A stretch of 64,000 nucleotides of DNA from an uncultured Chloroflexia bacterium (GTDB lineage: Bacteria > Chloroflexota > Dehalococcoidia > UBA2979). The position numbers were made by a program, and so were the translations under genes. Below are positions 28,901-40,126 of the stretch, piece by piece. Numbering within the stretch: the stretch's first letter is position 1; each line of letters starts with the position of its first letter. The notes below the pieces were generated by a model, which was given only the letters and a program-made list of their open reading frames with translations, ran no database searches and was not told where the DNA came from. Where the stretch lies: assembly GCA_963728205.1 (NCBI GenBank), contig CAVSIV010000002.1:32001-96000 (forward strand), given 5' to 3'.

Positions 28901-28986
28901 CCACAGCGGCGGCAGACATGCCGCCGACAATGCCGCGGCCAGCGGGCTGCGACCCCGCGTCGGCGGCATGTCTGCCGCCGCCGTGG
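28901..28986. repeat. REP/REPIN-like element, copy 1
   Basis: Inverted pair of CAGCGGCGGCAGACATGCCGCCGAC; each arm is an 8-bp hairpin. Confidence 0.85.
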
Positions 28987-28999
28987 CGTCGCCGGCCGC

Positions 29000-30013
29000 C
29001 TACGCCAGGCCGCGTTCTGCGATCAGCGCGCACACGTCGGTGAGGCGGCAGGAGTAGCCCCACTCGTTGTCGTACCACGCCATCGTCTTCGCCATGTTGC
29101 CGTCGAGCACCATCGTCGACGGCGCGTCGTGGATGGACGAGGCCGGGTGACCCTTGAAGTCCATCGACACAAGCTCCTCGCGCTCGTAGTGCAGGTAGCC
29201 CTTCAGCGGACCCTCGGCGGCGCTCAGGTACGCCTCGTTGATCTCGCCGATGGTCGGCGAGTCGCGCAGGTCCGAGACGAGGTCGACCACCGACACCGTC
29301 GGCGTCGGGACGCGGTAGGCCAGGCCGTCGAACTTGCCGGCGAGCTCCGGGATGATCGCGCCCACCGCGTCCGAGGCGCCCGACGACGTCGGCACGATGT
29401 TCAGCGCGGCGGCGCGCGCCCGGCGCAGGTCCTTGTGCGAGTTGTCGACCAGGTTCTGGTCGCCCGTGTACGAGTGGATCGTCGTCATGAAGGCGCGCTC
29501 GATGCCGAACGCGTCGTGCAGCACCTTCACGGCCAGCACCACGCAGTTCGTCGTGCACGAGCCGGCCGAGATCACCTGGTGTGCCGACGGGTCGTACTCG
29601 CCGTGGTTCACGCCCATGATCACGGTCCAGTCGACGCCCTTGCCCGGCGCCGAGATCAGGACCTTCTTCACGCCGTCGTGCAGGTGCGCCCCGGCACCCT
29701 TGCGGTCGCGGAACTTGCCGGTCGACTCGATCACGAGGTCGACGCCGACCTTGCCCCACGGGATCTCGGCGGGGTCGTCGGCGTTGAGGACCGCGACCTC
29801 GTGGCCGTCGACGCTGAAGCAGTCCGTGCCGTCGACGATCTTCGCGGGGAACGGACCGTAGTCGGAGTCATGGCGCAGCAGGTGGGTGCGGACCGAGACC
29901 GGGCCGCGGTTGATGGCGACGATCTCGAAGTCGTCGCGATGGCGTTCCCACCAGGCGCGGAAGGCCTGCCGGCCGGTGCGGCCGAACCCGTTGATCCCGA
30001 CACGCAGCGTCAT
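29000..30013 (-). CDS. gap: Type I glyceraldehyde-3-phosphate dehydrogenase
   Basis: GINGFGRTGR, SCTTNC, DLRRARAA, WYDNEWGYS. Confidence 0.97.
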   Translation of the reverse strand: MTLRVGINGFGRTGRQAFRAWWERHRDDFEIVAINRGPVSVRTHLLRHDSDYGPFPAKIVDGTDCFSVDGHEVAVLNADDPAEIPWGKVGVDLVIESTGKFRDRKGAGAHLHDGVKKVLISAPGKGVDWTVIMGVNHGEYDPSAHQVISAGSCTTNCVVLAVKVLHDAFGIERAFMTTIHSYTGDQNLVDNSHKDLRRARAAALNIVPTSSGASDAVGAIIPELAGKFDGLAYRVPTPTVSVVDLVSDLRDSPTIGEINEAYLSAAEGPLKGYLHYEREELVSMDFKGHPASSIHDAPSTMVLDGNMAKTMAWYDNEWGYSCRLTDVCALIAERGLA

Positions 30014-30118
30014 CGTCTCACCCCCTGCGTCCCTGCCCCTCGGTGAGCAGATTCTAGGGCAGCCTCGCGAGTTGCCTCTATCGGACGTGTTACGCGTGGA
30101 CCGCGGGTGGAGCGTCGG

Positions 30119-31049
30119 CTACAGCAGCAGGCGCTTCGGTGCGTCGGCGGACTGGCGCCGGAACTCGACGACCAGGTGCCGCCGCCGCCCGTCGCCGTCG
30201 GCCACCTCCTCGACGCGGCAGCGCTCCGGCGCGGCGAGCAGCCGGTCGACCGCGTCGGCGTGCGCGACCACGCGCTCGCGCAGCTCCGCCGGCGCCGGGA
30301 ACTGTTGCGGCAGGTGCATCGCCGTGTGCAGCTGCGTGACGCCGACGCGCAGCGTCCAGCCGAGCAGCAGCTGCGCCCAGCCGAGGTGGAACGCCTGGTC
30401 GGCGAAGACGAGCGGGTAGCGCTCGTGGTTGCCCTCGGCGGCGGCGAACAGCGCCGTCGGGCCGAAGTTCGGGCGCGAGAGGTCGCTCACCGCGCGGTAG
30501 ATCAGCGCGCAGGTGCTCGTCGCCGGCGATCGCCTCGCCGCCGAAGTAGTGGCCGACGCCGATCTCGATCGCGCGGTTCGCTTCGTCGCGGCCGTATGCC
30601 TCGTGCGTCCAGCGGCGCCAGGCGTCGAGCTCATGCCCGAGGTTCATCTGCGCGCCGACGAACTCGACCGCCTGCCGCACCAGCGCGACCGCGGCCTGGT
30701 AGCCGCCCCGGCGGGCCAGCCCGACCGCGTCGGACGAGCTGAGGAAGGCGCGACTCCAGAGGCTGGCGAAGCCGGCCATGATCATCGTGCGAGCGGACGG
30801 CGTGTAGCCGGTCTTCGCCAGCGCGGCCTGCAGCTCGAGGTTCTCCGCGATCAGCCGCAGGTCGTCGGCGAGCAGGAAGCCGGTCTGCCGCCATGCATCC
30901 TCGGCGGCGGGGTCGAGGTCCGCGGGCTTGCCGGGCAGCCGCCAGCCGTCGGGGACGCGCATGCCGGACACGCGCTGTGGCGGGTTCGCGATCGGCAGGT
31001 CGCCGTGTCCGTCGCCGTTCGGAGTGGGGGCGCCAGGAGGAGTGGTCAT
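30119..31049 (-). pseudogene. Hypothetical protein, frameshifted near 30508
   Basis: ...GDEHLR (ORF ending 30090) continues as LIYRAVSDLSRPNFG... (ORF ending 30119); both halves have coding-like codon bias. Confidence 0.65.
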
Positions 31050-31140
31050 GCGGCAAGTCTAGGCGCGCGGTGGGCTTCAGGCCCGCCGTGGACCAGAGCA
31101 CCTCCCCGGGTGAGCCGCGCCGTCGTGAGGCTCCGGTCAA

Positions 31141-31215
31141 AGCGGCGGCAGCCATGCCGCCGCCAGATCGCGGCCTCGGGGGCCGCCCGGCCTCGGCGGC
31201 GTCTCTGCACCCGCT
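31141..31215. repeat. REP/REPIN-like element, decayed copy 2
   Basis: AGCGGCGGCAGCCATGCCGCCG plus degenerate inverted arm TCGGCGGCGTCTCTGCACCCGCT. Confidence 0.65.
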
Positions 31216-31235
31216 TGCGCCCCGGCGGCGCGCGC

Positions 31236-33694
<2,459 letters not shown>

Positions 33695-33926
33695 TCCGAG
33701 CCCCCTGTCTTCCCTCTACCTTCCCTGGCGGTGTGGATAGCGGGCAGCGGGCCCGAAGCGTGCGGCGGAGTATACACCCGGGATCCGGGGCGGCCATCGG
33801 CCTATCGGGCCGTCGGCGCCGGCGGGAATCGCCGGTCGCGCGCGGGCGAGGAAGAGGTATAGCCGCGGGGCCGTGCTGTGTCCATCCACGGTCGCCGGCC
33901 GGGAGCGCGCTTACGGTGCACCCGGG

Positions 33927-35789
33927 TCAGATCGACCGCTTCACCGTCTCCGCCAGCCGGCGCGTGAAGCCGACCGTCGTCGCGATGTCGTCGATGCTCG
34001 CCTCGCGCACCCCCTTCAGCGATCCGTACTTGCGCAGCAGCGCGCGCTTTCGCTTCGGGCCGATGCCGGGGATCGTGTCGAGCACCGACTGCGTCGCGCT
34101 CTTGCCGCGCAGCTTCCGGTGGTACGTGATCGCGAAGCGGTGTGCCTCGTCGCGGATGCGCTGCAGCAGGTAGAGCGCCTCCGAGTCGCGCGGCAGCACG
34201 ATCGGATCGAAGACGTCGGCGACGAAGACCTCCTCCTCGCGCTTCGCGAGGCCGCATACCGGCACGTCGCGCAGGCCGAGGTCGCGCATCACGTCGAGCG
34301 CGGCGCCGAGCTGTCCCTTGCCGCCGTCGATCACGACGAGCCCCGGGACGACGTCCCACGGCGACGGCTCGAGGCCGTCGTCGCGCGGCTCCTCGCTCAG
34401 CTCGCGCCGCCGCCGCTCGCCGATCGCCTTGAATCGGCGCTGCAGCACCTCGCGCATCGACGCGAAGTCGTCCTGGCCCTCGACCGTCTTGATGCGGAAG
34501 CGCCGGTACTGCGACGTCGCGGGGCGGCCGTCCTCGAAGACGACCATCGAGGCGACGGTATTCGTGCCCTGGATCGTCGAGATGTCGTAGCACTCGATGC
34601 GTTGCGGCGGCTGCGGGAGATCGAGTTCCTCCTGCAGCGTGGCGAGCGCGCTCTCGGTCTTGTCGCGGTCGGCGATCCAGCGCACGTGGTGGGAGACCAG
34701 CGCCTGTCGCGCGTTCTCCTCGGCCGTGGCGACCAGCGCGCGGCGCTCGCCGCGCACCGGCATCGCCACCTCGACTGCGCCGCGGCGCCGCTCGCGCAGC
34801 ATCTGCTCGAGGTCGTCGCGGTCGGCCGGCTCGGCGGACAGCAGCACCGTGCGCGGCACGTAGGTCGCGCCCTCGTAGAACTGGCCGAGGAACGCGCCGA
34901 GCACGTCGGCGTCGCTCGCGTCCTGCGTGCCCTCGACGAGGAACCAGTCGGTGTCGGCGACGACGGTGCCGCGCACGAAGAAGACCTGCACGCAGGCCTC
35001 GTCGTCCTGGCGCGCCAGCGCGAAGACGTCGGCGTCGAGCGGCGTGGTGGTCGCCATCTGCTGGCGCTCGGTGACGGTCCGGATCGCGTGCGCCTGGTCG
35101 CGCAAGCGTGCGGCGCGCTCGTACTCGAGGCGCTCGGCCGCGACGTCCATCTCCGCGAGGACGTGCTTCAGCACCTCGTCGGAGCGGCCCTGGAGGAAGA
35201 GGATCGTCTGGTGGATGACCTCGTCGTACTCCTCCTTCGTGCAGAAGGCCGTGCACGGCGCGATGCAGCGCTTGATGTAGTAGTCGAGGCACGGGCGCGG
35301 GTCGGTGCCGGTGATCTCCTTCGTGCACGAGCGCCACGGGAAGAGCTTCTTCACGACGTCGAGCGTGCGCCGGACGGATCCGGCCGACGCGTAGGGGCCG
35401 AAGTAGCGCGCGCCGTCGTCCTCCACGCGGCGCGTGATCGTGACGCGCGGCCACGGGTTCTGGACGTCGATCTTCAGGTACGGGTAGTGCTTGTCGTCCT
35501 TCAGCCGGACGTTGTGCACGGGCTGGTGGCGCTTCACCAGCGTGGCCTCGAGGTGGAATGCCTCGGCCTCGGTATTGGTGACGACGTGATCGATCGTGCG
35601 CACCTGGTCGGCGAGCGCGCGCACCTTCGGCTCCATCGAGCGTGAGGAGCCGAAGTAGGAGCGGACGCGGTCACGCAGCCGGCGCGCCTTGCCGATGTAG
35701 ATCACGTCGCCGCTGGCGTCTCGCATGATGTAGACGCCGGGCGTCTCGGGGAGCGCGCGGACCTGGTGCAGGACGGAGGGGTCGGTCAC
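33927..35789 (-). CDS. uvrC: Excinuclease ABC subunit C
   Basis: PGVY, YIGKA GIY-YIG domain, ECYDIS, DGGKGQL, RDEAHRFA, HhH. Confidence 0.98.
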   Translation of the reverse strand: MTDPSVLHQVRALPETPGVYIMRDASGDVIYIGKARRLRDRVRSYFGSSRSMEPKVRALADQVRTIDHVVTNTEAEAFHLEATLVKRHQPVHNVRLKDDKHYPYLKIDVQNPWPRVTITRRVEDDGARYFGPYASAGSVRRTLDVVKKLFPWRSCTKEITGTDPRPCLDYYIKRCIAPCTAFCTKEEYDEVIHQTILFLQGRSDEVLKHVLAEMDVAAERLEYERAARLRDQAHAIRTVTERQQMATTTPLDADVFALARQDDEACVQVFFVRGTVVADTDWFLVEGTQDASDADVLGAFLGQFYEGATYVPRTVLLSAEPADRDDLEQMLRERRRGAVEVAMPVRGERRALVATAEENARQALVSHHVRWIADRDKTESALATLQEELDLPQPPQRIECYDISTIQGTNTVASMVVFEDGRPATSQYRRFRIKTVEGQDDFASMREVLQRRFKAIGERRRRELSEEPRDDGLEPSPWDVVPGLVVIDGGKGQLGAALDVMRDLGLRDVPVCGLAKREEEVFVADVFDPIVLPRDSEALYLLQRIRDEAHRFAITYHRKLRGKSATQSVLDTIPGIGPKRKRALLRKYGSLKGVREASIDDIATTVGFTRRLAETVKRSI

Positions 35790-35843
35790 GCCACCATCGT
35801 AACGCGGAGAGCCGGGAGGACGGTTCGTGCCGCCCGTGGCGTT

Positions 35844-36180
35844 GGCGGCGCACATCGCCTCAGCGGCGGCGCACGCACCGCCTCAGCGGCGGCGCACACA
35901 CCGCCTCAGCGGCGGCGCACACACCGCCTCAGCGGCGCCGCACGCACCGCCTCAGCGGCGGCGCACACACCGCCTCAGCGGCGGCGCACGCACCGCCTCA
36001 GCGGCGGCGCACACACCGCCTCAGCGGCGGCGCACACAACCGTCCCAGCGGCGGCGCACACACCGCCCCAGCGGCGGCGTACACACCGCCTCAGCGGCGC
36101 CGCACACACCGCCTCAGCGGCGGCGCACACCGCCTCAGCGGCGGCGCACACCGCCTCAGCGGCGGCGCACACCGCCTCAG
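35844..36180. repeat. Tandem array of 14 units of 21-24 bp (consensus CGCCTCAGCGGCGGCGCACACAC)
   Basis: Units start at 35856, 35879, 35902 ... 36152; no spacers; last three units are 21 bp. Confidence 0.95.
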
Positions 36181-36233
36181 CGGCGGCAGACATGCCGCCG
36201 ACAGGACGCGGCCGCGAGGCCGCGCGACCTGTC
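36178..36233. repeat. REP/REPIN-like element, copy 4 (left arm intact, right arm truncated)
   Basis: CAGCGGCGGCAGACATGCCGCCGACAGG ... CCTGTC. Confidence 0.8.
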
Positions 36234-36317
36234 CTGCCCGGGCCCCCGACGCAGAGCGGCCGGTCCCCCCGCCGAGGGACCGGCCGCGCCGGAGGGCCGC
36301 ACCAGTGGAGGGGGACG

Positions 36318-36603
36318 TTAGGCGGCGCTCCGGTCTGTCGGGTCGTCGATCCCGGTCACGATGCCGAGACCGGCGGTGTGCTCGAGGCCCTGTGCGGCGA
36401 TTCTGACGCGCGACGGTTTCGAGTGCGCCGCCCTCGTCCGCGATCGCCATGAGCAGGCGCTCGATGTCCCCGTCGTCGAGCGTCTGGCTCTGCATCATCC
36501 CGGTCGTCACGAGCGACCGCTGGATCGTCATCCACGCGTGGTCCGTGCTGGTCACGCCGGAAAGCAGCGTCATCAGGTCGCTGACCGCCTGCGTCTTGAA
36601 CAT
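36318..36603 (-). pseudogene. Small hypothetical protein (~94 aa) with apparent +1 frameshift near 36401
   Basis: AGGAGG RBS; MFKTQAVSDL...ETVARQ; removing one A gives IAAQGLEHTAGLG...RSAA-stop before the REP. Confidence 0.55.
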
Positions 36604-36657
36604 CGCTCGTTCCGTTCCTCCTGCGCCTTCCGCCGCGCGGGGGCGCTCCGCCTCGGG

Positions 36658-36713
36658 ATCACAGCCAAGTGTGATGAAGGCGCCGCAGCCTGAGGATCGG
36701 GGACTACCCCGAT
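36658..36713. promoter_or_regulatory. Two palindromes in a divergent promoter region
   Basis: ATCACA-N6-TGTGAT (36658-36675) and ATCGGGG-N4-CCCCGAT (36696-36713). Confidence 0.4.
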
Positions 36714-36818
36714 TTCTTGACGTAATGCGCGCGGCCATCCGCCGCCCCACGGTGCGCCGAGGCGTAGGATGCCGCCGCGGCGCCGGCTCGCAGCCGCCCG
36801 CCGTGAGAGGGGCGCCCG

Positions 36819-37967
36819 ATGACCACCACCCAGATCCACGGCACCTGCGACGATCGCTTCGCCGCCGTCCGCGACGCCTTCCAGGCGAACTTCGACGCCG
36901 GCCGCGACGTCGGCGCGTCCGTCGCGGTCACGGTCGACGGCGATCCCGTCGTCGATCTGTGGGGCGGCTTCGCGGACGAGTCCCGCACGCGGCCGTGGGA
37001 GCGCGACACGATCGCGAACGTCTACTCGACGACGAAGACGATGACGAACCTCTGCGCGCTGATCCTGGCCGACCGTGGCGCGCTCGACCTGCACGCCCCG
37101 GTCGCGACCTACTGGCCGGAGTTCGCGCAGAACGGGAAGGGTGCGGTCGAGGTCCGTCACCTGCTGAGCCACTCGTCGGGGCTGTCCGGCTGGGACACGC
37201 CGCTGACCGTCGAGGACCTCTACGACTGGGAGAAGGTGACCTCGCTGCTCGCCGCGCAGGCGCCGTGGTGGAAGCCGGGCACCGCGTCGGGCTACCACTC
37301 ACTGACGCAGGGCTACCTGGTCGGCGAGGTCGTGCGCCGCGTCACCGGACGCTCGCTCGGGACGTTCTTCCGCGAGGAAGTCGCCGAGCCGCTCGGGGCC
37401 GACTTCCACATCGGCCTCGCGTCGAGCGAGTTCGGCCGCTGCGCGGACCTGGTGCCGCCCGAGCAGACGGCGGACGTGCTGGCGATGGCCGGCGACTCGA
37501 TCCCCGCGCGCACCTTCTCGAACCCGCCGATGAACGCGCTCGACTCGCGCACGGCCGCCTGGCGGCAGGCCGAGATCCCCGCTGCCGGCGGGCACGGCAA
37601 CGCGCGGTCCGTCGCGCGCGTGCAGTCCGTGCTTGCGTGCGGCGGCGCCGTCGGAGGGACGCGGCTGCTCTCGCCGGCCGGCTGCGCGGTCGTCTTCGAC
37701 GAGCAGACGCGCGGCACGGACCTGGCACTCGGCGTGCCGGTGCGCTTCGGCATGGGCTTCGGCCTCAACTCGCCCGAGGCGCCGCTCGGTCCGAACCCGC
37801 GTACCTGCTACTGGGGCGGGTGGGGCGGCTCCGTCGTGGTGATCGACATGGACGCGCGCGTCGCGATGTCCTTCGTCATGAACAAGATGAACTCGACGAC
37901 GGTCGGCGACGTCCGCTCGGCATCGCTGGGCGCGGCCGTCTACCAGTCGCTCGCCGCTGCCGTCTAG
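36819..37967 (+). CDS. Serine hydrolase, beta-lactamase/EstA family
   Basis: STTK (SxxK), LLSHSSG, GYH, WGGWGGS. Confidence 0.92.
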   Translation: MTTTQIHGTCDDRFAAVRDAFQANFDAGRDVGASVAVTVDGDPVVDLWGGFADESRTRPWERDTIANVYSTTKTMTNLCALILADRGALDLHAPVATYWPEFAQNGKGAVEVRHLLSHSSGLSGWDTPLTVEDLYDWEKVTSLLAAQAPWWKPGTASGYHSLTQGYLVGEVVRRVTGRSLGTFFREEVAEPLGADFHIGLASSEFGRCADLVPPEQTADVLAMAGDSIPARTFSNPPMNALDSRTAAWRQAEIPAAGGHGNARSVARVQSVLACGGAVGGTRLLSPAGCAVVFDEQTRGTDLALGVPVRFGMGFGLNSPEAPLGPNPRTCYWGGWGGSVVVIDMDARVAMSFVMNKMNSTTVGDVRSASLGAAVYQSLAAAV

Positions 37968-37999
37968 CCGGCCGACTCCGCGCCGCGAGAGGAACCACG

Positions 38000-38545
38000 A
38001 TGCCCCGACTCCAGCCGCTCGACCTCGACCACGCCAATCCCGAGCAGCGTCGCGTCGCCGACGAGATCCGCAGCGGGCCGCGCGGCGGCCTCCGCGGTCC
38101 GTTCGACGCCTGGCTGCGCAGCCCCGGATTCGCCGAGCACGCGCAGCGCGTGGGCGCCTACTGCCGCTTCGGCAGCAGCCTCGCCGACGACACGCGCGAG
38201 CTGGCGATCCTGCTCGCCGGCGCGCACTGGCGCGCGCAGTTCGAGTTCTGGGCGCACGCGCGCCTCGCCCGCGAGGCCGGCCTCCCCGACGCCGTGATCG
38301 AGGCCGTGCGGATCGGCGCCGAGCCGGCGCTCGAGCGCGCCGACCTCCGCGCCGCCTACGCGGTCGTCACCGAGCACTTCGCGACACAGCGCGTGTCCGA
38401 CGCGACGTACCGCGAGGCGCTCGCGGTCTTCGGCGAGCGTGGGCTCGTCGACCTGATCGGGACCGTCGGCTACTACGGGATGGTCTCGATGACGCTCAAC
38501 GTGTTCGAGGTCGAGGTGCCGGAGGGTGAGACCGCGCCGTTCTGA
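38000..38545 (+). CDS. Carboxymuconolactone decarboxylase/AhpD-like protein
   Basis: ATG 38000 after GAGG; GPF.AWLRSP, RELAIL, EFWAH, VGYYGMVS. Confidence 0.88.
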   Translation: MPRLQPLDLDHANPEQRRVADEIRSGPRGGLRGPFDAWLRSPGFAEHAQRVGAYCRFGSSLADDTRELAILLAGAHWRAQFEFWAHARLAREAGLPDAVIEAVRIGAEPALERADLRAAYAVVTEHFATQRVSDATYREALAVFGERGLVDLIGTVGYYGMVSMTLNVFEVEVPEGETAPF

Positions 38546-38570
38546 TCCGGCGGCGGGACATCGGCCCCGC

Positions 38571-38602
38571 GGGTGCGGGTGCGGGTGCTGGTGCGTGGTG
38601 CG
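38571..38602 (-). repeat. Short repeats copying the tRNA-Arg 3' end
   Basis: After the CCA: CGCACCA CGCACCA GCACCC GCACCC GCACCC. Confidence 0.8.
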
Positions 38603-38678
38603 TGGTGCGCCCGGGAGGATTCGAACCTCCGGCCTCTGCCTCCGCAGGGCAGCGCTCTATCCCCTGAGCTACGAGCGC
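38603..38678 (-). tRNA. tRNA-Arg(GCG)
   Basis: GCGCTCGTAGCTCAG...CTGCC-CT-GCG-GA-GGCAG...GGTTCGAATCCTCCCGGGCGCACCA. Confidence 0.95.
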
Positions 38679-38774
38679 ACGCGTCCGAAGATGGTAGGTC
38701 GCGGACCCGGTGTGAGCGAACGGCGGGCGGTCGAGGACTCGCCGCCGGTTCCGTCGCTCAACTGCTGGACCGGA

Positions 38775-38861
38775 TGGTGCCGAAGGTGAGATTTGAACTC
38801 ACACGGGGATAAACCCCACTGCGCCCTGAACGCAGCGCGTCTGCCATTCCGCCACTTCGGC
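38775..38861 (-). tRNA. tRNA-Leu(CAG)
   Basis: GCCGAAGTGGCGGAATGGCAGACGC...CTGCG-TT-CAG-GG-CGCAG, long variable arm, CCA. Confidence 0.96.
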
Positions 38862-38906
38862 ACGTCATGCAGTCACCGGCGATCCCCACTCGGTGGGTTT
38901 GTCAGC

Positions 38907-38983
38907 TGGTGGGCGGTACTGGACTTGAACCAGTGACCTCTCGCGTGTGAAGCGAGCGCTCGTACCAACTGAGCTAACCGCCC
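38907..38983 (-). tRNA. tRNA-Val(CAC)
   Basis: GGGCGGTTAGCTCAG...CTCGC-TT-CAC-AC-GCGAG...GGTTCAAGTCC...CCA. Confidence 0.96.
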
Positions 38984-39128
38984 GTGGCTGCGACCTCCCG
39001 GAACGATGAGACTAAGGCCGCGCCGGGCTCGCGTTCAACCGGCGCGCGCCGCGGCCGGCGGTGTAGCATCCCGCCGCCGGCGCCCCCGGCCGCGGGGCGC
39101 ACACGACGTCGACACGAGGGGGTCCGCC

Positions 39129-40064
39129 ATGACGCTCAAGCTCGGGGTGCACACCGGCCAGCAGGACATCGCGATGGATGAGCTGCGCCGCGTGTGGCGC
39201 TTCGTCGATTCGCACGGCTGGGACTTCGTCTCGGTGTGGGACCACTTCTACGAGGCGCCGCCAATCGACGGCACGCACCCGTGCTTCGAGGCGGTCGCGT
39301 CGATGGCGGTGCTCGCCGCCGAGACCGAGCGCGTGCGCATCGGCTGCCACGTGTTCTGCATGAACTACCGCAACCCGGCGCTGCTCGCGAACTCGATCAT
39401 GACGATCGACCACGTGAGCCACGGGCGCGTCGAGCTCGGCGTCGGCGCCGGCTGGCACGCCCAGGAGCACGCGGCGTACGGGTACCCGTTCGACCCCCCG
39501 AAGGAGCGGCTCGACCGCCTGGAGGAGGGCATCCGCGCGCTGAAGCTGCTCTTCTCGCAGGAGGAGACGGACTTTGACGGCCGCTACTACCACCTCGAGC
39601 ATGCGACGCTCTACCCGCGGCCGGTGCAGCAGCCGGTGCCGATCGTCGTGGGCGGGCGCGGCGAGAAGCGCACGCTGCGCATCGCGGCGCGCCACGCGGA
39701 CGGCTGGAACGTGCCCTACATCAACGTCGAGGAGTTCGAGCGCCTCAACGGCGTGCTCGACATGTGGTGCGAGCGGGAGGGCCGCGACCCGGCCGGCATC
39801 GAGCGCTCGGTGAACCTCCACATGCACATGGGCGCGAACGAGGCGGATGCGAAGCGGATCGCCGACGCGCACGGCGCGGCGTTGTCCGCCGGGGGGCGCA
39901 TGCCGTCCGTGGGCGCCGTCAGCGGCACCGCGCAGCGGACGATCGAGACGATCGCGGCGTACCAGGAGGCCGGCGCGTCGCGGGTGAGCATCGCGATTCG
40001 CCCGCCGGTGGAGTGGGACGCGCTGCAGGCCTTCGCGGAGGAGGTGATCCCGGCGTTCCGCTAG
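39129..40064 (+). CDS. LLM-class (probably F420-dependent) oxidoreductase
   Basis: WDHFY, RNPALLA, SHGRVELGVGAGW, GGRGEKRTLR.AARHADGWN. Confidence 0.9.
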   Translation: MTLKLGVHTGQQDIAMDELRRVWRFVDSHGWDFVSVWDHFYEAPPIDGTHPCFEAVASMAVLAAETERVRIGCHVFCMNYRNPALLANSIMTIDHVSHGRVELGVGAGWHAQEHAAYGYPFDPPKERLDRLEEGIRALKLLFSQEETDFDGRYYHLEHATLYPRPVQQPVPIVVGGRGEKRTLRIAARHADGWNVPYINVEEFERLNGVLDMWCEREGRDPAGIERSVNLHMHMGANEADAKRIADAHGAALSAGGRMPSVGAVSGTAQRTIETIAAYQEAGASRVSIAIRPPVEWDALQAFAEEVIPAFR

Positions 40065-40126
40065 CGCGTGCTCGGGGAACAACCGGCGCGCAAGCGCTAG
40101 TGCCGCGGGCGTAGAGTGGATGCGCT

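Noticed and set aside
35844-36180. Repeat array as CRISPR or as a coding repeat (TASAAAH / PPQRRR ORFs)
   Set aside because: Units are contiguous with no unique spacers and no cas genes are present; most units are 23 bp, not a multiple of three, and the ORFs lack an RBS
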